64,000 bases of DNA from a bacterium (GCA_021813145.1 JAKALS010000003.1:6114-70113); one strand, 5' to 3'; positions 31,681 through 40,763 are shown, counted from the stretch's first letter. The notes: generated from the sequence alone by a model not told the origin. Program-made: numbers and translations.

Positions 31681-31720
31681 GAAATAAGCGTAGCAAAAGG
31701 AAAACTAAAAGACAAGTGGG

Positions 31721-32128
31721 TTAACTGCAGGTTGGATTTGTAAGGCTTGGTATGCAGAATTTGCCCGTTAGCGGGTTTGAAATCCCTATAAGCTGGAAAA
31801 CTATATTTATGATGACAAATGCTGTTACGACTATTACTAACCCGATTATAGCTGCAACAATGTGTTTTCTTGCTGCGTCAACTGCCGCCTTATCCCCGCC
31901 CGAAAGAATCCATTTTATTCCTCCATAGATCAAAAAAGCTACCGCTACCAGTACCCCGACGATCAAAAGTAAGGATAAGATAAAAGATGGTATATTCCCA
32001 AGATTAACAGAAGTTGTAGGAGCGTAACCCGTCCCGGGGGCAATTGTAACCGTAATTTGCGCGAACGCATTTGAGGCTGCCAATAAATAGAACGATGCGG
32101 CAGAGATAAAACCCAGTGCTTTTTTCAT
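31721..32128 (-). CDS. VirB2/TrbC-like pilin paralog 2 (with signal peptide)
   Basis: Signal peptide MKKALGFISAASFYLLAASNAFAQ; core IYGGIKWILSGGDKAAVDAARKHIVAAIIGLVIVV; C-terminal CxxxxxxxxCS. Confidence 0.6.
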   Translation of the reverse strand: MKKALGFISAASFYLLAASNAFAQITVTIAPGTGYAPTTSVNLGNIPSFILSLLLIVGVLVAVAFLIYGGIKWILSGGDKAAVDAARKHIVAAIIGLVIVVTAFVIINIVFQLIGISNPLTGKFCIPSLTNPTCS

Positions 32129-32173
32129 TACTCTTTCTTGAGAATATAGTGTTTTTGCTGATTTGTCAAGAGC

Positions 32174-32509
32174 TTAGAACAATTTTCCTACTCCCAATAG
32201 TTGATAGACAAAATTGACAATGGTGCCCGCAAGAACAACGACTATAAGTCCGATTATCGAGAAAATAAGCCTTTGTCTTGCAGCCTGAATTTTTTGTTTG
32301 TCGCCGCCGGACATGGTCCACTGTATTCCGGCATAAATAATAAAAGCCATTGCTAAGACTACTGCGAGTAAAATTAAAATACTGCTCGCAATGGAAATAA
32401 GGGTAGTGCCGGTACTTATTCCGGCATCCGGTACGCCATTGGGCGGGGTGATGGTCACGTTTCCGTTGTTTCCCGGAACAGTTAACGCTAAAAGTTTCAT
32501 ATTATCCAA
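32174..32509 (-). CDS. VirB2/TrbC-like pilin paralog 3
   Basis: Core IYAGIQWTMSGGDKQKIQAARQRLIFSIIGLIVVVLAG. Confidence 0.6.
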   Translation of the reverse strand: MDNMKLLALTVPGNNGNVTITPPNGVPDAGISTGTTLISIASSILILLAVVLAMAFIIYAGIQWTMSGGDKQKIQAARQRLIFSIIGLIVVVLAGTIVNFVYQLLGVGKLF

Positions 32510-33572
32510 AGCCCGGAATGTGTAAAATATTAACCCCTATTATTTCAAGAATAACAAGAGAAAAAATAATAAACAATAGTCCCACTATTGCTGCGGTTAG
32601 TTGTTCCCTCGCTCCTTTTATCGCTTCCGGATTTCCTTGTGAGACCAAAAGCCTGTATCCGGATATTATTATCAGTAAAAGCGCCACTCCCCCCGAGAGG
32701 CTTAATATTAAGCCGAAAAGACTTGTTATAAGACTTTGGGGCTCTGTTCCTAACGTTCCAAGCGCGGTATCAACAGCAGTACAGGATCCTTTTACCGTAG
32801 AACCTAAATGGCAGGGTGAAGGCGGAGATTGATCTTGAGGGTTACCCGCGGAGTTAACCCCTCCCCCGTAAGTATCTACATAAAAAGTTGCATAACATGC
32901 CTGTTTTTCTAACAGGTGGGCGGGAGTGCACCCGTCGTTTATTTGCATATAATATCTTCCCGTTGAAAGCGGAACAAAACCAAATCCAGTACTATTCGTT
33001 AAATCTCTTCTTGTTACACAGCCGTCCCAAACGCTCCCCCCGTTGTTGTCATTAATGCGGATATAAGTGTGTAATTGATCGTCTGGATTGCCTGACGCAA
33101 GGGGACCTGTCATTTTTATTATTATATTATTGGTTGGCGTAAACGATTGGTTTAGGAATGAAATATTGCAACTTGTCCCTCCGCTTCCCGAGCCTGCGCT
33201 CCCAATCGTAAAAACAGGACTGTTGTTGCACAAATTATTTCCCGTGTCCGAAGAAAGAAAAAGCCCCACTTTGTAGGCTCCATTCCCAAAAGTTGAGGGA
33301 ACGGCGGCTGTCACTTTTCCGGAGGAGGCGGAGTAGGGGATTGGAACAGAATACCTAATGGTGTTAGTTCTTATAAAATTACCATTTAGGGAAACATAAT
33401 ATGTGAGATCCTTATTGTTTGCCAGATTCCCGTTTGTATCTATTGTAATTGTCCCGCCGTTATTAATACTGGAAGGACTGACGGAGCAGGCAAAAGAGGC
33501 GTAAGTTTTTTTAGGAAAAAATATTAAAAAAAGCAACAGTCCAAAAAAGACCAAAAGGAAAATTCTTTTCAC
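32502..33572 (-). CDS. secreted Gly/Ser/Asn-rich beta-type domain fused to C-terminal VirB2-like pilin module (candidate minor/tip pilin or adhesin)
   Basis: Signal peptide; C-terminus ISGYRLLVSQGNPEAIKGAREQLTAAIVGLLFIIFSLVIL shares the motif of the three pilins. Confidence 0.5.
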   Translation of the reverse strand: MKRIFLLVFFGLLLFLIFFPKKTYASFACSVSPSSINNGGTITIDTNGNLANNKDLTYYVSLNGNFIRTNTIRYSVPIPYSASSGKVTAAVPSTFGNGAYKVGLFLSSDTGNNLCNNSPVFTIGSAGSGSGGTSCNISFLNQSFTPTNNIIIKMTGPLASGNPDDQLHTYIRINDNNGGSVWDGCVTRRDLTNSTGFGFVPLSTGRYYMQINDGCTPAHLLEKQACYATFYVDTYGGGVNSAGNPQDQSPPSPCHLGSTVKGSCTAVDTALGTLGTEPQSLITSLFGLILSLSGGVALLLIIISGYRLLVSQGNPEAIKGAREQLTAAIVGLLFIIFSLVILEIIGVNILHIPGFG

Positions 33573-33608
33573 ATTTTTATCGTACTCTAATTTTTAAGAA
33601 AAATGCAA

Positions 33609-34937
33609 CTAGGGGGTAAATTTAAAACCACGGCCTTTCACGGTTTGGATATAAACAGGGCTATTCGGGTTGTCTTCAATTTTTTTTCTTAATCTTGATA
33701 TAAGTTGGTCTATTGCCTGTTCGGTTACCCCTGCGGTTGACTGCATTTCTCCCCACACCGCACTTACCACTTCATTTCTTTCTACAACTTTATTCCCGTT
33801 TAATATAAAAAATTTTAAAAGTTTAAACTCCGAAGATGTAAGCTTGTCCGAAAGAACTACTTGGCCTTTTTTTATTTGGTTCGAATTTTTGTCAAAAACT
33901 ATTTTTCCGGTTTCCTCCGAGCGTATCCTTGCGCTATCTTTTAAATAATCCCTTAATAGGGGGATTTGAAGTGAATTATCTTTGACAAGGCCCAATTTTC
34001 TCAGGAATTCAACGTCAATGCTTCCAAAATTTAAAAGCGAAATTTTTGTTTGTTCGTCGGGATTTAGAGCATTCCAAATCGCAAACAATGCACTTCTTAC
34101 GGGCATTTGTTTAAGTAGAAACTCCTTAATCTCTCCGTTAATTTTTTGATTTACAGAAAGCACTGCCTCCAGAGAGTGTCTTGTAAGATTTCCGTGTCCG
34201 CCCGTTAATGAAATTACATCTTCGATAATATTATTTTTTATTTTTTTGCCTGTAATTTTTTCAAGATAGGCTATTCTAAAATTCATTCCCGCCCTGTCAT
34301 AAAGGGTAAGGTAAATAAGCTTCCCGGCTGTAAATTCGTAAAAATCAGAAAAAAATGTCGGCTCAAGGATGTCCTCGATCGGTCTTGAGGAAGAAATTAC
34401 AACAGAAAATCTGTACTTTGCCCTGTTTCTTAAAATCCTAAGATTGGAAAAAAAATCAGGGGACAAAGAAGGAATATGCTCTTCAAACCTGTCCAAAAGA
34501 AAAACAACGGTAAACTCTTTTTCTATAGATAAAAAATCTATTGCTTTTTTTAATCCGTCAAATAAAACAAGCTCGTCATTGGCCTTAAGGCTTTCCTTAA
34601 AGAAGGAATTAATTTTTTCGTATTCGTTGTCCATCCGTCTTTCCCTAAGGGAGTCCAAAAGCCCCAAAAAAATAAATTTAGTTACCTCTAGAATCGTTTT
34701 ATTTTTTATTTCCGAAAAATTTAAAAGGACAAAATGGAACCATTTTTGATTTTCCCCAAGATGTTTTTCTTTTACTTTTTTATTATAGGCAAGAAGCCCC
34801 AAGAGATTTGACCTCCCTACTCCGGGAACCCCTATTATTTGGCAGGAATTCCCCTCCTTAATGAATTCCAATATTTTTTTTATCTCGGAAAATCTCGTGT
34901 CCTCCGGATATAGTGATTCAAAGTGACTGGGTTCCAT
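33609..34937 (-). CDS. NTPase-like domain + C-terminal OmpR/PhoB-type winged-helix regulator; first gene of the T4SS-like operon
   Basis: Deviant P-loop IIGVPGVGRSNLLGLL; C-terminus EVVSAVWGEMQSTAGVTEQAIDQLISRLRKKI...IQTVKGRGFKF; paralog of 13652-14995. Confidence 0.6.
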   Translation of the reverse strand: MEPSHFESLYPEDTRFSEIKKILEFIKEGNSCQIIGVPGVGRSNLLGLLAYNKKVKEKHLGENQKWFHFVLLNFSEIKNKTILEVTKFIFLGLLDSLRERRMDNEYEKINSFFKESLKANDELVLFDGLKKAIDFLSIEKEFTVVFLLDRFEEHIPSLSPDFFSNLRILRNRAKYRFSVVISSSRPIEDILEPTFFSDFYEFTAGKLIYLTLYDRAGMNFRIAYLEKITGKKIKNNIIEDVISLTGGHGNLTRHSLEAVLSVNQKINGEIKEFLLKQMPVRSALFAIWNALNPDEQTKISLLNFGSIDVEFLRKLGLVKDNSLQIPLLRDYLKDSARIRSEETGKIVFDKNSNQIKKGQVVLSDKLTSSEFKLLKFFILNGNKVVERNEVVSAVWGEMQSTAGVTEQAIDQLISRLRKKIEDNPNSPVYIQTVKGRGFKFTP

Positions 34938-35012
34938 GGTTAGTACATTGTAATTTTTTTGTTAGGTAAATATCAAGCAAAGCGAGAAATCTTTTTCTAA
35001 ACTTCGGTTAAT

Positions 35013-37604
35013 ATGACAGAGCAGCAACCAAGACCAATTAATTTGACAAACCAAACCAATCTAAATAGACTGGAAGGTGAAAGGATAATTATGCCTGAGC
35101 CGGGCGGACAGGAGCAGCAGGCTCCGATAACGCCAAGACAAGAAGAGGTAATACAAGAAGCAGTTAATCCGCCGGAAGGAATAGATAGGCCCGCAGAAGA
35201 AGCGGCAGGGATTTCTCCCAGGAGACCTGAACATAGGGAAAGCCATGCGGAAAGAGTGGAAAGAACATTCGAAGAGTTTACGAGAAGCATTCAAACCAAA
35301 GACACTCTTTCCCAGCTTGCAAGCGATACTCCGGATTTTGCAAAAACACCCGAGCTTAAAAAATTTGTAGATGAGCTTGAGCCCGGAGGAGATTTAATAA
35401 GATATTTTGCAGATTTTATTACAAACCCCGAGCAGGATTATGTAGACGAAGAAGGGGCACGCTATAGAATATCTACTGCTTCAAGAAGAGTCCTTTTTGA
35501 ATGGGCGCTTGAAAAAATCATAGGACTTCCCGAACAGGGGTCTCCAGAGGCGAGATATTCGATAGACTCCTTTCAGGCCAGAGAAAACCTTACCCTCCTA
35601 AAAGCCCTTAGCCTTTCCCGCTTTAATAATGAATTCTCAAGGTATATAGGAAGCATGATAGAAATCAGGGAAATGGCCCACGAACTTCGAAGAAACCTGA
35701 CCCAGGGCGATGCCTATAAAGAATTCATGCAGAAGGAGTTAAAGGCTCACGGAATTGATTTTATGAGAAACGAAGTCTCGGGAGTAAAAGACGTAATTTC
35801 ATTATACGAGCTTTTTACGGGTCTTAAGGTTTCGCAAAAAAGGGAATGGTTAAGCGCGGGAGACGTTGAGGATATAGACCACGAAGTTAAAGAGGCAATA
35901 ATGGCTCTTAAAGGAAAAAGCCAGATAAAGCAGGGAGAAAGGCCTTTGACGGATTGGGAAATAGATAGGGCGCTTTCTATAGGGAAAACACTTTTTGCAG
36001 GTACACAAAGGTTTGCAATGTATACCGTTTTGGGCTCTATTCCGACTCAAACGGCGGAAAGAGCAGGCTCGGTCCCTTACGAATATATAGTAAGAACACT
36101 TGCCCCTATTAAAATTACAGCTGCCAGGTATTTTACTTCTGCGGGACAAAGGTATCTTCAAGAAAGGATTCTCGATAATTATAAAAATGGCAAAAAAACG
36201 TCTTCCCTTTTTGGTATTGCCGAAAATTCCTGGGCGATGAACAACTTTAACGCATTTGATGTCGAAAGTCACAGTTGGAGGTCGCAGTTAATGTTTTTAG
36301 GGGATATGAGATTCAGGATAAAAACCGGGGAAGACGCAGAAGGAAACCCTGTTTATAAAGAAGGCAATGTTTTGGAATACTTTAACGACGAGCTGACTAG
36401 GTTGGCAGAGAGCACGGGAGCTGAATATGATCCCGCTTTAGGACTTGAGGGGGGTTCGGATAAAGAATTTTCCAATAACGAAAATGTTGCAGCCCTGGCT
36501 CTGGGGCAAAAACTTTACCTTTCAGTTTTGGGAAAATATTCACCTTTTAGCGAAGAGTTAAAAAGAGGAATATACCGAAAAATTGCAATTTACGATCCTC
36601 TTGCTTTTACTTCTCTTTCTCCCGAAGTGTTAAGCTCTCTTTCTCCCGAGCAAAAAAGAGTTTGGCAGGGAATGGCAATAAAAATGGGAATGGCAAATTC
36701 CATAAGGCTCAGGAAAGAAGGAGAAGAATATTTTGACGAACATGAACATAGGAAAACTTTGGATATAGACAGCCTGAAACAAGAGGCGGGAGAAACATAT
36801 GATTTTTCGACTAAAAAACTTAAAGATGTATCACAGATAAGTGATGACTATAAATATCAGATATTGTCCAAATACTTTTCCGAGGAGTACGGGAATGCAT
36901 TAACCGGAGAAGAGCAAGAGGTTCTAAAAACAATCATAAGAACTTCTTTAAGCGGAGAATTTGTAAATAATGTGGTCTCTGCGGAAAAACCTTTCACTTT
37001 TATAATCGACGATGCCCCCCATGTTGCCTGGAGCAAAACAAGGGACGGAGTTGGGGGTTTGGGAGACGAAAACCTTTTTAGGATTTTGCTTTCGGACCAG
37101 GGCAACCTTGCGGAATCCTGGGGTGCGCTAAACGGTTTGATTGAACATCCTCCGGCCGACCCGTCCAAGGCATTTATAACTTTCGTACAAAAAAGAGCAC
37201 TTGTTACGGGAAGAGGAGAGGCCCAAGGAAAACTGGAGCCGTTTTTAAACGCCTGGTTGGATATGGCTTCTACTTACGACCGTTCTAAATGGATAGGGGC
37301 AATAGAAAAAGCCACAAGGCACCCAAGGTCGGAAATGGAAAAATTTTACAGGGGGAATTATATTTCCATGGATGAACAGGATAAGTCGATATTTTTAGAC
37401 TCATTGGCCCAACAAGGAGCGATCGGGACAAATATAGCGAGAGGGCCTTCACAACTTGAAGAATTGAAGAAAAGAAATAAGGCTTATATTATAGATAACC
37501 TCAGGAGGTCCGCAAGGATGATATTGCTCCTTTTAGGTCCAACGCTGGGAATTCAATTTCTAAAACTTATATTTCCCGATGAGATAACAAAAGGACTTAA
37601 GTAA
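35013..37604 (+). CDS. large acidic hypothetical protein, divergent from the T4SS-like operon
   Basis: 863-aa ORF with no TM segments or recognisable catalytic motifs; true start may be internal. Confidence 0.4.
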   Translation: MTEQQPRPINLTNQTNLNRLEGERIIMPEPGGQEQQAPITPRQEEVIQEAVNPPEGIDRPAEEAAGISPRRPEHRESHAERVERTFEEFTRSIQTKDTLSQLASDTPDFAKTPELKKFVDELEPGGDLIRYFADFITNPEQDYVDEEGARYRISTASRRVLFEWALEKIIGLPEQGSPEARYSIDSFQARENLTLLKALSLSRFNNEFSRYIGSMIEIREMAHELRRNLTQGDAYKEFMQKELKAHGIDFMRNEVSGVKDVISLYELFTGLKVSQKREWLSAGDVEDIDHEVKEAIMALKGKSQIKQGERPLTDWEIDRALSIGKTLFAGTQRFAMYTVLGSIPTQTAERAGSVPYEYIVRTLAPIKITAARYFTSAGQRYLQERILDNYKNGKKTSSLFGIAENSWAMNNFNAFDVESHSWRSQLMFLGDMRFRIKTGEDAEGNPVYKEGNVLEYFNDELTRLAESTGAEYDPALGLEGGSDKEFSNNENVAALALGQKLYLSVLGKYSPFSEELKRGIYRKIAIYDPLAFTSLSPEVLSSLSPEQKRVWQGMAIKMGMANSIRLRKEGEEYFDEHEHRKTLDIDSLKQEAGETYDFSTKKLKDVSQISDDYKYQILSKYFSEEYGNALTGEEQEVLKTIIRTSLSGEFVNNVVSAEKPFTFIIDDAPHVAWSKTRDGVGGLGDENLFRILLSDQGNLAESWGALNGLIEHPPADPSKAFITFVQKRALVTGRGEAQGKLEPFLNAWLDMASTYDRSKWIGAIEKATRHPRSEMEKFYRGNYISMDEQDKSIFLDSLAQQGAIGTNIARGPSQLEELKKRNKAYIIDNLRRSARMILLLLGPTLGIQFLKLIFPDEITKGLK

Positions 37605-39203
37605 TTATCCTCTTCCAAACATTCTACCTATGAAGGCTCGTCCTAATTTTCGCTCGCCATATTCAGGAGGAGCGCCTTTTGTTGCCCCTTCCTTTAGTGC
37701 GATTACCTCTCTTGATGCAGCTATTGTGCCACCCACATTTCTTACTACATTGGTGGGATAGGCGACTCCGGCAGAAACAGCCTGGCCGATTGGACCAAGG
37801 TCAATCTTGGGAGCCTTAAAGGCAGCTTTGGTTATGTTGACAACATGCGGAGTGGTAAAGATAACACCCAGTGCTATTAATGCCCCAACCGTGTTTGTGG
37901 CTCCCGGGTTTCCTATTAAAGGAGGGACAAATTGCCCCGCCTGATAAGAACTTCCAAATGAGTCTATAAACAACTTTCCAATTAAAAACATTGCTATTGT
38001 TACTGGAAATGCCGAAAGATTTCCAAGCATGTCCCTGAGCCATGCGCTGAACCCGACATTAGAAGAGTTACCGGTCCCGGGAATTAAGCCTCCTATTATC
38101 CAAAAAGGCGCAAAAATTACGTCTACAAGAGTGAATATATAAGCAGAAAGAAGCGCAAACCAAAGCCTGAAAAGAGACCACAAAATGGCAACTGTTATAA
38201 CTATAAAAGCAAGTATTCCGCCTACGAATGCGAGTAGTCCGCCTATCACGGCCCCAAGAACTGTTCCCACGGGGTTTGTTAAAAGATCTACAAAACCGTT
38301 TCCGGCAGTTGTCTGGGCAGCTCCTCCATTGGAGAAAAGACTAAGAATGATGTTGGCAATAGAAGTTGAGGCGTTTGTGGCGACACCTAAAATGCCTCCA
38401 TTGTAAGCGTCATTTGCAAAATTAAGCGGTGTAGTGTAAAGATTTGACGTAAGGTGTCCGGCCTGAGCGCTTGCGCTGGCGGAATTTATGATATTAGGGT
38501 CTGCTTGGGTAAGCACATTTATAATAAGATAAATAGCTACCCACATTACATCTACCAACAAACCTGCTATCGCAAAAGAAAAAGTAACAAACAAAATACC
38601 TATTATTAGTTTTGGAATCTGATTTTGAATTGTCATTACGGTTCTGGGGTCGATTTTTATTCTAAGCATTATCGCAAAACCGATGATTATAAAAATCAAT
38701 ACAAAAATTAAATAGACGAGGTTTCTAAATACGATCCAGGCATTCATTAGGGGAGAGAGCTGATCAAATCCGGTTTCTTGTTTTACGGTTGCGGCATAAC
38801 TCGGCTTTGTAATCCCGAAATTGTCCCTTACATAGGCAATGAAGTCGCTTGTATGAACGGGCGGATTAAGAGTCATGGTAATAAGGCTACCCATAACCGC
38901 AATAGCCCCTCCGCTATTCTGGACAAATCCTATTTTTCCCGTTTTTTTGTCAACCCCTAAGCATTGAGCCTTAGGGTTTGAAGGATCAACTCCGGCAAGC
39001 TGGCAGCTTATTGCTGAGAGGGTTTGGATCATTACATTTTGAGTCAATGTATTCATGTTTTGAGGAACATCGCTATTGGTATTGGCATTTAGATAGGGAT
39101 TTGTTTGAGAAGAATCTGATTGGGCAAAGGTTAGGGTTTTAGCAAAAAACAGTCCCGTTATGAGAAGAAGTCCAATAAAAAACAAACGGACAGAGATTTT
39201 CAT
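37605..39203 (-). CDS. VirB6/TrbL-like polytopic membrane protein
   Basis: Signal peptide plus >=6 TM helices with Gly/Ala-rich segments; size and topology typical of VirB6; locus context. Confidence 0.5.
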   Translation of the reverse strand: MKISVRLFFIGLLLITGLFFAKTLTFAQSDSSQTNPYLNANTNSDVPQNMNTLTQNVMIQTLSAISCQLAGVDPSNPKAQCLGVDKKTGKIGFVQNSGGAIAVMGSLITMTLNPPVHTSDFIAYVRDNFGITKPSYAATVKQETGFDQLSPLMNAWIVFRNLVYLIFVLIFIIIGFAIMLRIKIDPRTVMTIQNQIPKLIIGILFVTFSFAIAGLLVDVMWVAIYLIINVLTQADPNIINSASASAQAGHLTSNLYTTPLNFANDAYNGGILGVATNASTSIANIILSLFSNGGAAQTTAGNGFVDLLTNPVGTVLGAVIGGLLAFVGGILAFIVITVAILWSLFRLWFALLSAYIFTLVDVIFAPFWIIGGLIPGTGNSSNVGFSAWLRDMLGNLSAFPVTIAMFLIGKLFIDSFGSSYQAGQFVPPLIGNPGATNTVGALIALGVIFTTPHVVNITKAAFKAPKIDLGPIGQAVSAGVAYPTNVVRNVGGTIAASREVIALKEGATKGAPPEYGERKLGRAFIGRMFGRG

Positions 39204-39317
39204 CCTAAAATCAGTTTGTCCTATTTTGTGGCTTATGTCAAGCGCAGCAGTCGTATTGGCGGAGAGAGGCGGGATTTGGTTCGACTATGCTCACCATAAA
39301 CTTCTCATCCCTTGGTG

Positions 39318-39405
39318 CGGAGGGGGCGGGATTCGAACCCGCGATATCCTTGCGGATATACCTGCTCTCCAAGCAAGCGCACTAGACCAACTATGCGACC
39401 CCTCC
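39318..39405 (-). tRNA. tRNA-Ser (anticodon GGA)
   Basis: Hand fold: acceptor GGAGGGG/CCCCTCC, 3-bp D stem, anticodon loop TTGGAGA, long variable arm with GCAA loop, T-loop TTCGAAT, discriminator G. Confidence 0.85.
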
Positions 39406-39406
39406 A

Positions 39407-39447
39407 AACTAGATGCTAGAAACTAGATACTAGATGTTAGATGTTTC
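39407..39447. repeat. 7-nt tandem repeat (Nctagat)x5 abutting tRNA-Ser and overlapping the nudix 3' end
   Basis: actagatgctagaaactagatactagatgttagatg read directly. Confidence 0.85.
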
Positions 39448-39866
39448 TGAGCCTCTTTCCAGACCTCTTTGTCCGATTTATAGGTTAATCTGTTTTCAAC
39501 TTCTTCCGGTTTTATCCACTCAACATTTTCCATTTCCCAATCATGCTCACTAATGTCTCCCGATAAATATTCCATTAAGTAATAATATACGGTTTTTTTT
39601 ATTTTCTCGCCCTCCAGAACGTACCAATACTGAACAGGACTTAAAGCCTTTATTATTTTACCGCTAACACCTGTTTCTTCTTTTACTTCCCTTACCGCCG
39701 TTTGTTCTTTTCCCTCTCCTTTTATGTGGTCTCCGATAATACCTTTAGGAAAAACCCAACCGTGGTGTTGGGAATGCTGAGACACCAAGATCAGGATTGC
39801 TGATTGCTGATTACTGATTACTGATTTTTTAAATACGACTCCGCCGGCAGAAAATTCAAATCTCAT
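39423..39866 (-). CDS. NUDIX hydrolase
   Basis: Nudix box GEGKEQTAVREVKEETGV; GGVVFKK N-terminal strand. Confidence 0.85.
   Translation of the reverse strand: MRFEFSAGGVVFKKSVISNQQSAILILVSQHSQHHGWVFPKGIIGDHIKGEGKEQTAVREVKEETGVSGKIIKALSPVQYWYVLEGEKIKKTVYYYLMEYLSGDISEHDWEMENVEWIKPEEVENRLTYKSDKEVWKEAQKHLTSSI
39793..39830. repeat. 7-nt tandem repeat (Nctgatt)x5 inside the nudix 5' coding region
   Basis: aggattgctgattgctgattactgattactgatttttt read directly. Confidence 0.85.
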
Positions 39867-39881
39867 AATTCTTACTTACTG

Positions 39882-39968
39882 CGGAGAGGGTGAGATTCGA
39901 ACTCACGGTCGCCTTTCGACGACAGCGGTTTTCGAAACCGCCGCACTAGTCCGCTATGCGACCTCTCC
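39882..39968 (-). tRNA. tRNA-Ser (anticodon CGA)
   Basis: Hand fold: acceptor GGAGAGG/CCTCTCC, anticodon stem GCGGT/ACCGC, loop TTCGAAA, long variable arm, T-loop TTCGAAT, discriminator G. Confidence 0.85.
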
Positions 39969-39973
39969 GTTTG

Positions 39974-40046
39974 CGTGCCCGAGAGGAATCGAACCTCCAA
40001 CCGCCTGGACCGCAACCAAGTGTTCTATCCGTTGAACTACGGGCAC
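39974..40046 (-). tRNA. tRNA-Arg (anticodon GCG; unusual for bacteria)
   Basis: Hand fold: acceptor GTGCCCG/CGGGCAC, D stem GTTC/GAAC, anticodon stem CTTGG/CCAGG, loop TTGCGGT, T-loop TTCGATT. Confidence 0.75.
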
Positions 40047-40088
40047 TTGCAAAGTGTATTTTACTTTATTGGAGGATTCTTAGCAAAC

Positions 40089-40667
40089 CTAAATAGTTCC
40101 TTCGAGGGGAAAATTCCTTGTAAGCCAGTCTGCGGCTTTGTCCATAAAAGTGGGTTTTATATATTCTCGGTAGGGAAGATAAGGCAAAAGTATACTTTTT
40201 ACATGGTCTTCGCTTACATCTCCGAGCGTTATCGTTAGCTCTCCGGGTATAAAAGCATGGGTTCTTATGTGTAAGACCCTGACTCCCTGTCTGTTCCAAA
40301 AATAAAAGTCGTAGAGCTCCTGCCATAAGAAAAAATGGTCTTCTATTGTTACCCCCTCCGTACTTATTCTGAAGTGAAAATCCCTGGGTGGTACGCTTGC
40401 CAGGGCAAAAGCTACAAAGACAAGCGATAAAACAACAAGCATAAGCATATATTGCGAAAAAAGAAAAAGAATAATTTCTACGAAAAGCATAATAAGAAGA
40501 CTCGTTAAATAATATTGTTTTGTCCTTTTTTTAAAAGGTCTTCCCGGGGCCGTCCATGCAAGAAGAGTTTTAACCTGCGGAACTTCTTCGGTTGTTTCTT
40601 TAATTTCCTTTGATGATTCTTTTTGCGGAGTTTCTTTTTTAACTTCAGGTGCTTTTTGGACAGTCAT
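40089..40667 (-). CDS. membrane protein with bacterial PH (bPH_2/YdbT-like) domain
   Basis: Two TM helices followed by FHFRISTEGVTIEDHFFLWQELYDFYFWNRQGVRVLHIRT. Confidence 0.55.
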   Translation of the reverse strand: MTVQKAPEVKKETPQKESSKEIKETTEEVPQVKTLLAWTAPGRPFKKRTKQYYLTSLLIMLFVEIILFLFSQYMLMLVVLSLVFVAFALASVPPRDFHFRISTEGVTIEDHFFLWQELYDFYFWNRQGVRVLHIRTHAFIPGELTITLGDVSEDHVKSILLPYLPYREYIKPTFMDKAADWLTRNFPLEGTI

Positions 40668-40763
40668 AATTTAACTTTATATTAAAGATACCTTTAAGTC
40701 AACGAAAGGAACTTATCTACAGCAGAATGTCCTTGTCGAAGGGCGGATTCGAGTTAGACTCGG

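Noticed and set aside
34938-35012. Relaxase/oriT adjacent to the T4SS-like locus
   Set aside because: No inverted-repeat or nick-site-like element and no HUH-motif protein was recognisable by eye, so this is left open rather than asserted.
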